A DNA stretch of 64,000 bases from Marsupella aquatica (taxonomy: Eukaryota; Plantae; Marchantiophyta): positions 4,591,241 through 4,655,240 of the forward strand of contig OZ316899.1 of NCBI GenBank assembly GCA_973895155.1. Direction: 5' to 3'. Positions 50,133 through 63,000 of the stretch are shown here, piece after piece. Each line of letters begins with the position of its first letter. The stretch's first letter is position 1. The position numbers and the translations under genes are program-made. The notes below the pieces were generated by a model, which did no database searches, was not told the DNA's origin, and was given only the letters and a program-made list of their open reading frames with translations.

Positions 50133-52746
50133 TCACAGTAGTGGCTCTTGTTTTCCGCCCTGATTTAGTTTGTTGCAGATAAAACAATTTTCTATATTAT
50201 TCAGTTTACAGCACCCAGAGAAAAACCTTCTTCCTTTTGCTACGGGTCTCTCACAAGAAGTTGCAATCTTTTCCTGGAGTTTGATGACTTGGGAGGAACA
50301 ACTTGGGATTGGATTGCACTCCTGGACTGTGGAGGAGATGTTTCTCATGCTTCAGTTTGAACGAGGCTCAATAGTTGCCTGAATGAAACATGAGAGAGAG
50401 ACTCAGGAGTGAAGGGCAAGGTGCCAAGCTCAAGAGGTGTCAATGGGGCACTGGTCACCTTGCTAGCTACTTCACTCTCCTGCTTCTGTTTCTTCCTCAC
50501 ATGCAGTCCGATGGCTGCTGTGGAATTGAACACTGGCATTTCAGGAGACTCATCCACTGGGGCACCCTGTTCATGCACCACACTAGTGTGGTCCACATTG
50601 TTCAACAACACAGTTGCTTGGACCTCGGCTTGTTCTTGCACACACAATGACGACATTCACTTAATGGCCCAACTAAAAACTCAAACTGTCCAACTACCTA
50701 AACATGACCTACAGGCCTAGTCTGGTTATACACATACCACTGCTTGCGTGGACTGCATCTGTTGCAAAAGGTGATGAAGTGTGCCCAATTGGGCACTGTT
50801 AGCCCCATATGTTGCCTTCATCTCCTGAATATAGGAGCCTTCACCTGACGGCAGCTTGTCTACCGCTCTCTTTGGAAGACCCCAACTTCGAATCCAATCT
50901 TCACAACAGGGTTCCCCACAAGCAAAGCAACAACTTGTCCTTGTTTTATCCCCCAACAAGGTAAATAAACAATGCGGATGATAGGCGTGGCCACAACTTG
51001 CTGGAACCCAATTGAAACAATGATACCCGTGGCAACAAACTGGACAATTACTCACAAACACTTCAGTTCCCACTATCGCAGTTGATGTGGGAACAAATCA
51101 AGGCTGCAATGCTGGACATGGATTGGACAACACAGGCTCCAAAATGGCCAATTCAGCCTTTTGAGCTGCTGCAGCCAACTCCAAACGCTTCACATGTCCT
51201 TCCAACTGTGATTCCACAACTTTCAAACGAGCCACCTTGTGTGGTAACTGTTCAAAGCGCTTCTTCCTGGTCTCAATGAGCTTCTCAAATGTAGCCATCC
51301 CCTTTAGAATAAATTGCTCAGATTCCTTCAAAGCCTCCATGGCCTTGTTACCCTCCTCCAACTTCTGTTGCAAGATAACAACATAGCTTTCCTGCCCACC
51401 CCCAAAAAAATATGCACACAACAACGTTATTTGCAGCTCATCGTCAATGCATCAATGCCTCGTCCTGCTAAATTGAATCCAACATCTCAACTAAACATAT
51501 ATATCTAGCCTACAGATAGTTTGATGGACACAGGGATAGGTATATATATGGTCTGACATTGTACCTCCTCATCTTGCTCTCCTCAAGCTCTATTTCCGTT
51601 GACATATCATCATACAAGGTGTATGCGGCCTTCACTTTGATTCTCACATCTTGCAATTCTTGCTGTAGTTTCTGAAGTTGGTCCACCAGACCAGAGCTGA
51701 GTCTTGGATGATCCTTGTTTGCTGCCTCCAAGTCTTGCATAGTCTTCTGAACCTTACTGATGCTCTCATGGGTGTCTCTAAGACTGCATTTGATCGTGAC
51801 TATTTGCCCATCTAGAATAGCAAGCAAAAGACTTCTTGGCACTATAGGGACAACAGGAGAAATAGGCTTGGCACTATAGGGAGAAGCGTTGTTGCGGGGG
51901 AAGAAAGGGCAGCCTCCAATGGTTTGGGATGTGCGCTCTCGTGTGCACTTCCCTTGCTACCAAAATCCGCTCTTGAATTGGCTGTCCCCGGATGAGCTTT
52001 GTCCCCTGGCGCTTGATGCTTGATACAAATATTTTTCCTAACCCGATTCTGAGTATCTTCACTAAATTCCTGAGGCACTGGTGGCGAATATAGACGCAAC
52101 CTCCTAACGCAAGGAGGCCCATCTGGCTTACCCTTGCCATCTCGCTCCCATTGGGCAATTTGCCCCTTCAGCTTTGACACCGCATACACATGTACCAGTC
52201 CACCTTTTGCCTTTGGATCCTTTCTGCATATGCCCCTTTGATGAAAGTGAAAGACAAGAATCCATTCACTAGTGCATCATAACCATCCACGACTTGGGAT
52301 AGCTGCAAAACCTCCTCAATTGGGAGGCCCACACAGAGACTCAACTTATACCCATTCCTGTCTTTCTCTCCAAACACTTTGGCCAATTGCTCCTTGGAAA
52401 TGTCTTTGATCTTATGAGGATTAACACCTTCACTTGGAAGACCAAATGTGACATGGAAATACTCTGCGTCCTTCACATAATCTTTAGGATCCCATGGCTC
52501 TAGAGGCGGCTCCACCTTAGTCTTTGGTTTTGCAGTTTTGATACTCTCTACAAGAGCTGGAGAGTCGGGAGAAGCACGGTCTATAGCTTGGGAGGCATAC
52601 CATGTTGGTTTGCTAGTGGACCAGACTCTGCTGCTACGAGGGAGAACAGGGCCTGGGACTGTAACTATCTCCATTTCTCCTAGCTCAAGAGTAGGAGTTC
52701 TAGGAGCTTCTAGATTATCAGTTGAGGCATCCATGACGGCATTCAA
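50133..52746 (-). CDS. Multi-exon gene: N-terminal domain of unknown function, coiled coils, RING-H2-like finger, C-terminal Cys motif
   Basis: Exon-like ORFs 52746-52168, 51842-51510, 51424-51098, 51073-50726, 50656-50345 and 50348-50133 with GT/AG-like boundaries. CPVC...SCGHAYHPHC...CFAC at ~50910-51046. Confidence 0.6.
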
Positions 52747-53238
52747 AAATACGCTAGTATAGAGGAAAGTTGTGGTGAAAACTCAAAGTATAAGCAAGCG
52801 TATCGGGCCAACACCTAGATTATTACCTTAGGACTGCTGCGGATTGAAAATGGATGTTGGTTGGATTCAATCACCAATGACTTGGGTAAAATTTCCTCCA
52901 CTGGCTTCAAACAAACCGCCCGCTTGGCCTACATGCATTACACAACGGAATTAGAAGGTTGCATTACTCCAACCAATGTAGCTGACGGATAATCCCGTGT
53001 TAATAGCACGCGAACAGATAGGGGTACATACGACGGTCTATCAGAAAGTCAGCTAAGGAATTGAAAGAATGCTAGCCATCATTTTTGAGAGTTTGATCAT
53101 GTGTAAACCAAACCTATGTCAACGACCCGTCGAAGTGCTCGGCTGTGAAAAAAACAACAAAATTGCTTCCGGAAGTAAGTTGGCCGTCCTCCACTAGCTT
53201 CCCTTTGTTGCCAATAAACTCTGCTGCGACGAGAGCTC

Positions 53239-54462
53239 TCAGGCTGTAATTATCTCAATGGTTTGAATGGACCGGGCCGACATGGACAATCTTGCAATGC
53301 GCAGCAAAATACCTACTCGTTTGCAATTTCTCGTCGCTCTCTCTTCCTGCCCCAACACTCGAACACTACTGATTTTTGCTATGGACCTCAAGCTGCTTGA
53401 TGTCCACCATGAAACACTTTGTAAAATTTGATAGCTTAGGCATAAAACTCTCAATAATACTCCTTTGTCCTCAAGTCCTTACTACTGTTGAGACTATCGC
53501 GCCAAAGTTGGAAGGACTTGGAGTCCTTGTTTTCAAAATGTCCTGGCCGGCGGGGATTGCAAAGACATTTATTGTAGGTTTCCAAGACTTCCAAGTCCTT
53601 TTTTTGAAAAGTAAATGACGGCTACTCACCTTGAGGACATTAAACACATCATAAGTACTCTATATGAGGATACGAGTGCAAGCTTTATTAGGGTCCTACT
53701 AAATCCAAAAAAGTTCATTTAATGGAATCAGTTCACCAGTGCAAATCTAGCCTTTGATATACGTATCCTCAATCTTGGCCATTGAGGGATATGTTGCACA
53801 TTTAATCCAAAATGGCAAGGACTCGAGTCCTTTTTGTGGAGAAAAAAGGAGAAAAATGGTAGTCCTCAATCATGCAATCCACCACATAGTATAATTTACG
53901 GCAGATACAATGGGAACCTCCTCTTTCACAATTGGGTGAGGGATTTTAGGAATTGACTAGGGCAAACCAGAAGGGCCATCATCGTTGCTATCTGAAAGCA
54001 AGACAACATCAACAAAGGGATTGGATGACGATGGGAGATCTGGTACTAATGGTTTCCAAATGATAATAGAATACCGCATTCTTGCATTCAAGTGCCAAAA
54101 ATGAATCCCATTATCAACATCAAAAGAAGCAGAGAAGTTGGACGCTTCATCTACATTTTCCTCCTCCAAAATGTCCTCGATGTCATTCAAACTCAAATCA
54201 AACCTCCCACAGAGATAAGTCTCACTAACTTGCTTGTACACGTCAATGGCAGACAATGGAATGGATACAAGGTCACCAGTAGACGAATGAATAACAACGA
54301 TTGACCTTGACATTGCAAAATCAGGGAACCCAAAACCTCATAGTTCAAGATAATGAATGACGGTTCCGCACTGCCACAATGGTATTCATAGTGAATATAC
54401 CGTTCATCAGAGTCGTTAGAATACGATAGAATCACTACCGGGCAGAAACGCTTTTGACACAA
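53239..54462 (-). pseudogene. Degenerate coding exons of unknown function, possibly 5' exons of a transposon gene
   Basis: ORFs 54462-54193 and 54313-53957 continue as open-looking frames to a CAAG|GTGAGT donor at ~53630. No domain recognised. Confidence 0.3.
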
Positions 54463-55318
54463 TAAATGTTTTTGTCGTTATGTCAACAACATTTACATTA
54501 ATGACTACCAAACTATCCATTCCCAAACACCCTACTCATCCATCTGAAATTGAAATAATTGAGTAATGCTCGACGCTACTAAAAATACACACTAAATTTT
54601 GTACTATAAAGGGGATATTTTATGTTTAGCACCATGTGCTAATATCCAGGATATTTGTAATAACTTCTAAAATTTGAGTGACATTTCAAAAATATTCAAA
54701 ACTTTTTACCAAAACTAAGGAGATCTTATAATAGCGTCGGACGCAATTCTTAATTGGGGATTTCCACATTGATTTTAGGACAAAAGATTCCAAAGTATAC
54801 ATAAATAATGTATTATTTTTTATTATTCACATGGATCTCTATTTCCATATTTGGATAAATTTGTGTTATAATGTGAAGAGTTTTGGTAGCACCCGACACT
54901 ACTATTGAACAATACACAATCACAACTGAAGAATCTTGATAAAATTGTGCACATTCTTTCTTTAATGGTCATATTCAACAATAACTTTAGGTCCCTGTGA
55001 TGCCTTGCCAGGATCACGAAGTACTTAGTTAAGCCTAAAATAATGGTTAAATAAAGATTAGGTAGATAGAATAAGGGAGGAATAAGGATCGAAGCCGATT
55101 GCAACGTGTTCGGGGGAGATTGTGATAGGATCGGACCCAACGGTCGCGATTAAGTGGGATTAGGGTTATGACCTAATCGGGGCTTGATCAGGTAAGCCAT
55201 CAGGAGGCGGCTTCGTAGGGAGGGGACCGACACTCTGTACACTTGTGCAATTGCTTGTTCGATCAACCTAGGGAGGTGGAATCAGCTGCCGATCAATTGG
55301 GGGAGGTGGTTTGGGAAA

Positions 55319-58300
55319 TTGCGCAAGTTCTTGGCATTCGGTGGAATAAACACGGTGAATGAGGTAGGGAAGTTTTGGGGCTATTTGCTTGAAGAAGCAA
55401 GGCAGCTGATACCTACGTATGAAGACGTTGAGCCGGAGCGCGCAGCCAGAGAACGAGCCGAGCTTGCGCAATTGTGGGGAATTCACAAATCGGCATTCAT
55501 AGATACGGAGGAGGTGTTGGAAAAGTTCTCGTGGACACCCACCAGTGCGGAGCTTGACGAATTGCTGATTCGGGAGAATAAGGTTGTGGGGATCAGGGAG
55601 GCAATCAAGAACGTAGGGTAGCCACTTTGGGAATTAAAGGATCATACTGCAAAGTGGACGAAGGCAACTATTCTTGGGGAGTATTCAGGCGCTGAAGAGA
55701 TGAAGCGCAAGGGAGGTTCGGCATCCACAGCTCCAGCAAAGCAAACTAGGTCAGAGAGACCAATCAAGATGGAATCCGGGCCAGTTAGAGATCGGGCTGT
55801 AGAGGATAAAACCATGACAGGGTGGGCGGACAGGTTACCTGCCGATTTACAATTACAGTTTGCAAGAGATGAGGATGAGGTCTTCAGTGTTGTTCAGGAT
55901 AATAAATATGCAGGATATATGAATGACACTGGGTTGGAGGGCTTTGTCAGGTTGTCCTGGAGGATGGTAGACATACCGGATGAGGATTTGTTGGACTTCG
56001 TGGGATGCTGGGAGGCTTCTTCCAACACGATGCTGCTGTATGGAAAGGTGTTCAAACTAACACCTGCGCTTATCGAAGCCGTGTTCGCTCTACCAATTGG
56101 AAGGAAGACTAAGGTGGAGCAGAGGAAGACGTTGCCGGATGACCAGTTCAGGTCATTTCCAGGGCCTTCCACTAAGAATGGGTTTTTAGGAATCAATGTA
56201 CCAACCCACATATAGGGCAGTTGATTGATTTCTTGAGAGTCACATTGCATTGTACCTTGCCGAGAGCAAAAATCGGCAAAGCCCAGGTATTTTTGGTGGA
56301 GAATATCGATGCAAGCCGAGACTACAACGGCTATCTCTTAATGCAGTTGAAGAAGGCATTAAACAAAGAGAAGCAGAGCATTGGGGAGGGAGCGGTATCC
56401 AGACTAGGGTACCATCTGCAATTACTTTGCCGATATGCAAGAAGCCAGTCTTTTGCACCAGTGTTGCCTATACAAGAGCGGATGTAGATCACTGCACCAC
56501 TTGAGGAGGTGGAGGAGGATGAGAAGCCTCTAAACATACGACGCCACGGGAGGAGGTTGGCAACACAGGCAACACAAGAACGGGAGCATTCCCCTATCAA
56601 GGAGCCAGAGGTAGTAACATATGATGTAGTGAGAAACCCATTGCGCAGGCCTACTCATAATAATCCATATGCAGGCATCCAGTTGGTCGAGAGGAAGATG
56701 ACTGCCGAAGAGAGAAAGAAATATGACAAGCGAATGGATTTAGAGACAGATGAGGAGGTAAGCCGAAGCCAGGAGAGGCCGGTAGTAAGAGCTTCTAGTA
56801 GAGCCCATGTGGAGGGACCCGTGGAGGAAGGTCAACCAGCAGCAGCCCAACAATATTCAGAGGAAGAGATCGGGGGCTTTGGAGGAGAGGCCGGCATGCT
56901 AGGTAGTCAGGTTAATATGGATGATTACAACGACGACTATGTCGATCATGGGGAGAGGCCAATACCAGGAGTTAGAATGATGGGAAGGTTTTGTAGAAGA
57001 CTTCCCGCGGTCTTCTATGGCAAGCCGGAGGACCATAAAACACCAGAATCTCCTCCACCAGATGTGACGCCATTGGAATTTGACAAGATGAAGGAAGCTG
57101 AAGCCGGGCTACATGAGAAGATTAAGGAGTGGGGGGCCCGGAATGCAGAACAGGAATGCCAGCTACCAGGAGGAGAGTGGTCGGAAGAAATAAGACGGCT
57201 TAGTAAGAGACAAGCCAAACCTCTCACTGACTTTGATCAATTACGCGCAGAGGCTTGGGAGAGACGACCTCGATGGCAGATGCCAGTATCACCTGGGAGG
57301 TCAAACTATGCAAGAAATCGGGCTAAGGAGTATGGAGACATGTGTGGACTCTTAGCCTTAGAAATCTTCGACAACGAGTTAGAATCCGGGCCATTTCTTA
57401 GAAAAGAAATGGCTGATCAGACGAGACTGGAGGAGGCAATGACATTGGAGCGATTGAAGAAGGAGGAAGTGATCGCTCGGCTTTGCGGCATGAAAGCAGA
57501 GGTGGCTAATTCAAGGGTGAATCAACAAGCACAGCAGGATCTCTTGGCTAAGCAGTAGGAATTGGAAGTGGCGAACAACCAATTGGGAAACTACCAATTG
57601 GATAACCAGCAGATCAAGGAAAAGTTGACAAAGGTAGAGCTGGAGTTAGCCGATTCAAAAGCAGAAGTACAGGGTTTAAATCGCCAAGTTGAGAGGCTCA
57701 GAAAGACGGCTAAGGAGCAGGCCACCCAGAGCGAGAAGGCCTTGGCTGAAGCCCAAAGGAAGTATGACAAGTTACTCGACCGGTTGGAGGCCATGCGTGA
57801 GAAGCATGATGACGCCATGTGCACAGCGGCCAATGATCACCTAAACCGGGTTCAACAGATACGCAAGGAGCTTCAAGAGGAGCTAACTAGGACAAAGCAG
57901 GCATGGACGGACGAGGTCACAAAACTGGAACTTATCAACGACTCCTTGAAGGCAGCCGAAGATAAGCAAGAGTTGGAGGTCATGCAGATCTTAAATGAGG
58001 AGCTGAAGACGGCCAGGGCCAAGATACTACGGCTTAACAATGAAGTTGAAGACGTATCTCAGGAATTGGAGGAGGCCAAGGATAAGATGATCGGGTTGCA
58101 GAGGCGTGCCGACAATCAAACGGAGAAATTGAAGAAGTATGCCAAAGCGGGATATGGGTCACCAACTGAAAGGCTTCCCGTCAGCAGTATGGTAAGCGGA
58201 GTTACAGTAAAACCAAAGCCGAAGCCGAGCTCACTGTTGTCAAGCGTGACTGGGGGCAAAGCCATGCAGTTGGTGGCAGATTTGGCAAAAACATTTCTGG

Positions 58301-58692
58301 GGCCGGGCGATAATAAAGTTAAGCCCCTTAAAGCCACTCCGGAAGAAGTCGAGAGCATGGCCGCTCACATTTGCGGTACTGTGGCCTTGAAGGCAGCTAT
58401 GGTAGAAGTAAGTACTGCGGATCAACTTGGAGCTGCGGTAACAGGATCAGACGATGGTACTGCTTCTATGGACGCCCAGAACATGAAGCCGTGGGTTCTC
58501 AAGACCGAGCGCATTGGGGAGCAAGATTGGATTGAGGAAGTTAAGGCAAAAGCTCTCCAGACCATTATAGAGGAGGAGGAAGCCGAGGCCGAACCCGAAG
58601 CCGTAGTTAACGTGGCCGAAGGAAGTCAGCCAAAGCCAAGTACACGGGAAGGTGCAGAGTCGGACGGCTCGGGATTACCACCGGTCATCTAA
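55319..58692 (+). pseudogene. Retroelement-type extra ORF (~1100 codons with in-frame stops): PMD/Transposase_32-like region, acidic linker, long coiled coil
   Basis: Collinear ORFs 55319, 55700, 56221, 56509 and 57562 separated by single stops or frameshifts. Contains LLYGKVFKLTPALIEAVFALP and extended heptads at 57400-58140. Preceded by GGGGGAGAT|TGTGAT at 55112-55126. Confidence 0.55.
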
Positions 58693-59958
58693 CAATTAAG
58701 GCGGGCCAGTTGTCAGTTGGAAGGAGGACGTGGCGAAAGGAGAAGGGCTTGGGCCAGGAGGGCACGGCCGTTGTAGTATGTGGACAGGGCAAGTCGCTGT
58801 CAGCTTGAATAGTTCGATTAATGTTTGAGGTCCGGATCCATCGGGTTTCCGACTTAGGCAGATTAGTCTTGTTTTTGGTTAATTTGGGATTATCACGGTG
58901 GCAGGTCAGGATTGCTGGGGTAGGCTTTCCGCGCTTCTTTCAGTCACGCTGCAAGGATAAAAACCCGGGCAGCGTGGTGGGGGGGGTTTCTTAGTCAAGG
59001 CTTTATTGTAAATCTGTATTGTTGTGACCACAGGAAGCTCTCGGCTAAATCTAGACCGCAGGGTATCAGTAAACCACCAGTTCCCTTGGATTTCTGAGCA
59101 ATTGTTTGAATTGAGTTGGCCTCATTGCCTAGTTTGCAGATTCTTGCCATCCAAGAAGTTGAGTGTTGTGATATATGTTGCTTGATCGATTTAAGTCAGA
59201 TAGGGTGAACTGTTGAGCAAAATACAATCGCATTATCTTGATTGGAGACTGCCCAATCAAACTCTGAGAGAAAAGTGAGGATTGAGAGTGTTAGTCGGTG
59301 AAGTGTGGGTTGAGTCAGTCTGAAAAAGACCTTCAGCCGGCTTAAGAAATTAAGCCATAGAGGTACATTCCGGGGGCGGAATACAAATATACCTGAAGAA
59401 GTTAAAGAGGAATTGGGTGTCTCAGTTGTGCACAATTCACAAGCCCAGTGAAAGAATCGGTCCGGTAAGTGTGGATTGAAGGAAAGTATAGTGTTTCCAA
59501 GCCGAATAGCTGCCATACGGCAAGAGGACGGACATAAACAAGTGGTTTACGATCGGTTGAGGGTAGTTCTTGGGGTTAGAGGTCTTGGGAAACGTGCCAC
59601 AGTCCCATAATGCTGAAGATAGTTCTCTGGTATACCAATTATGACTAATCCGAAGTTGACAAGTGGCATTTTGGAGAATGTCCTAGATAGATATCAATAT
59701 AGCAAGGGGATAATTTAGAGAGGAAATTCTCTCCACCTGCCTAGTCCACTGTATTTAGGTTCCGTCTGGGAGGTTATTCGTACAAGAATTCTCTAGAAGA
59801 AGCATGGTACGAATGAACTAGTCATCAACTGCAAGCGTGAAAAACTTGGGGTGTGCAAAACATGGACCCTCTCCCCACCACCTCGCATGGGTATAGTGCA
59901 AACGGGCAGACAGACCATTCCCAAACATCTGAGTGTTCATTTTTAGGATCTGTGTATA

Positions 59959-59977
59959 GGGTTTAGGGTTTAGGGTT
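59959..59977 (+). repeat. Interstitial TTTAGGG repeats (~3 units)
   Basis: TAGGGTTTAGGGTTTAGGGTTT upstream of the ParB-MTase-like gene. Confidence 0.85.
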
Positions 59978-60059
59978 TGAGGTCGAGTGACACAATCTAC
60001 TGCATCGCAAACCCCCAAAACAATTGCGGTTGTCATATCGCCAAAGAACTAGAGAGCAA

Positions 60060-63000
60060 AGATGGACGATCTTGACACATATGTAGTGGAAGATTGCGGA
60101 GAAACATCGCTGACAATGTTCGACGTTATCTCCAGACATTTATGTTGTTTGGCGAGGATTTTTGAGGGCACAACAAAGACCCACTGAGGATCCCAATGTG
60201 TTGATTGGTTCACATGGAAGTTGTCTGCACCTTACAGAAGGGAAGTCCTTCAATTGAGAACTTGAAGGACTTTCTTTGGAGCATAGGATACAACTCTAAA
60301 ATCAGAATGCTTTTTTATGTTTAGCCCGCCAATTCTAATGGAAATGTCCAGACGTGTACTCTGGAAATTTGTGCAACCTGGGACCCACTGTGGGTGGCAA
60401 AGAATGAGAAGTTTGAAGCTGAATGTGCGGCCGATCCAGACTTTAGGGTCCTGGGGGATAAAATGTTTTATGTTTTTGATGGTAACCATCAACTTTACGC
60501 ATGGTTGATCGTTACAAAAGAAGATCCCAATGATATCAAGTACCACCCTTGGATGCAATGTACTATTTTCAAGGGTGAAAAGGGGTCTTTGATTGAGATT
60601 GAGGCGGCTATGCATACTGTGAACCAGTAAGTCTCTCTTTGAATTTCAATGTCTTTTGTTCATAGTGTTTGGGGAATCCATTCCATTTTACTAGCATCTA
60701 GCGCTATTTATTGATCTATTTTTCTGTAGACTTGGGCAAGCCATGGTGGAACCTTCTTGGATACTTGACGCTGACAGAATTAAAAGGATTCTGTTGAATG
60801 ATCTTGAATACTATAAGTCAAAATTTCAAGAAGTTTGGGCAGGTGATGGAAAAGACTCAAAAGGGATTGTGGTATACAAAGAAAATGCCTCAAGAAGCAC
60901 CTTTGTATATCTTATGCAAGATTAAATCCTATTCTTGGCAATTCAAGATGGATCTGGAGTCGGCCACCGCTTAGGGAACTCCTTGGTCTCAAGAAGAGAC
61001 GTCAAAACAACATGCCGTCATGATGAAGGAAGCAACAAACAATTGGGCGATCAAGGTCTTGAAGATCACTCCCTTGTTGAGCTCGGAGTTTGAAGACTTC
61101 ATGAGTACTTGTGCTGAGATGTACTCAATGACAAAGGTGAACAAACGGGAGAAGAAACCGGATGCGGTTATCTATACAATGGATCGTGCAAGGTTATTCA
61201 CTGCAGTCTCCGCCCTTGACCCAAAATTGAGGAGTACTTTGTTAGTTATTGTACGCTGGAGCTGAGGAAACAGTTTTTTCATCCACAAAGTGTTAGCGAT
61301 GATCCTGTCAAGCAGTGGTGCCACACTTGGCAAACTTGGAATAGCGTGGAGGGAATTGCCATTGGGATGCTACAGACTGCCCTTCAGCAGGTCAGTGAAA
61401 TAATTCCTTCCAACCAATTGGAGGAATGGAAGTGCAAGTCTTATGACTCACTCATTGAAATAGTCTGTAATGATTTCAAGAAATTTGGGGACGCAGTGAA
61501 AGGCAAGTTTTCAATACCATGTGGATGTCCAAGTACCCAGACAAGGAAGAGTACACACTCAAGAATCAAAAGCAAGTTAAACGATATGTCTATTGTTTCT
61601 TCATGCACATGGAGATTGTGAAGCCTGATTATTTTTGGGCTTACCCAACTGCTTTCCAGAATTGGGTCATCTTCACAGAAGGAGACATTTTGGCCAACCT
61701 GTACTCCATGTATCCTGTTGAGGGAATCCTTCTGCCTAGGAAATTGTCTGAATGGGAGAGAATTCACTGCCCTTGGTATCTTGATACCGACCGATGGGAC
61801 ACTCCTTTTGATGACACTCAGAAAGACGCTTTCCACAAACTATCCAAATCCCAAGTTCCTCCAAAATTTGTCTCCGATATGAAGCAAGGAATTGAGGGAG
61901 ATGTCAATGTATCGACAACTGAATTGCAAAGAAAATGTGAAACCACTGTGGTTCATGTTGATTGAAGTCGCAAACCAAGAGCCAAAGCAAAGGCGGATGC
62001 CCCTGTACCAAGTGCTAGCGCCAAGTCTGGGAAAAAATGTATGTTACACATCCCTATTTTGACTTCATCTTTGGGTAGCGCCCGACGCTATTATGTGTCC
62101 TGCATTTAATATGTTTTATCTTGTATCAATGTTGGTGTTTGGTCAGCACCTGGCGCTATTACTATTTTTGTGTTAAATAACATTCTATTTTTGACGGATC
62201 TGTAGGTGGGAGAAAATTTGATGGTGCCACAAACGACACAAAAATAGATGCCACTTCAAAAGTCTTTGAGGCCAATACTGGTGCCAATCCAGACCCTACC
62301 ACTCCAGTTGAGAAGGGGAAAGCTATAGTTCTTATCGACGCCACAAGCACAAAGAAGAAGAAGAAGAAAAGGGCCATCGATGCTTAGGAATCATCTCGAG
62401 ATAATGCTTGTGGGGCTGGTCTCCAACGAGATGTGGGGAATTTCAAGAGCAAAGTGGGAAGGCACTGTATGATTGAATCCAGCTTGGCAGAATTTATAGA
62501 TAGTGCGATAGTGCTTTTAGCAAGGAGGAGAAGCCAGATTGGGTCGCAGACGCTGAGAAGTGGGATAAGGATTTGATTAAGTCGGGGTGTAGAGATAAAG
62601 GAATCATTAGAGGTGGGAAGGAACAATTTTTGGGGGTCAATGCGGGTTTCATCTATCTTCCAACTAGGTTGAAACCCACCATTGTTGACCGTCGGGTCCC
62701 ATAATGGAATGTAATAGATCACACAACAGCCAAATCATTTTTCCAAGCTATGGATCCTTTCCTTTTGGATGATGGCATGCTAGCTATCTTATATTCGGAT
62801 GACCACGATCAGATTTCCCAAGTCATTGCTACATGTCAGCAGTCCAAGAAGTTCATGTGCATTAATATGCACAATGTTTTCATGCCGGTCCCAATGTATA
62901 GATCCAAGACAGACGTCTAGGTAAATGTTTTCTCTAAGTCTTACTTTATTAGCGCCCAACGCTATTTTTACTTTTGGAGTTCTTCTCTGTTGACTAAGAG

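Noticed and set aside
54993-59832. Solo LTR TGATG...CATCA (54998-59827) with TSD
   Set aside because: Flanks CCCTG and ACTGC do not form a 5-bp TSD, so the boundaries are left undefined.
45559-59977. True telomere or chromosome end
   Set aside because: Only about three TTTAGGG units at each site, embedded in internal sequence.
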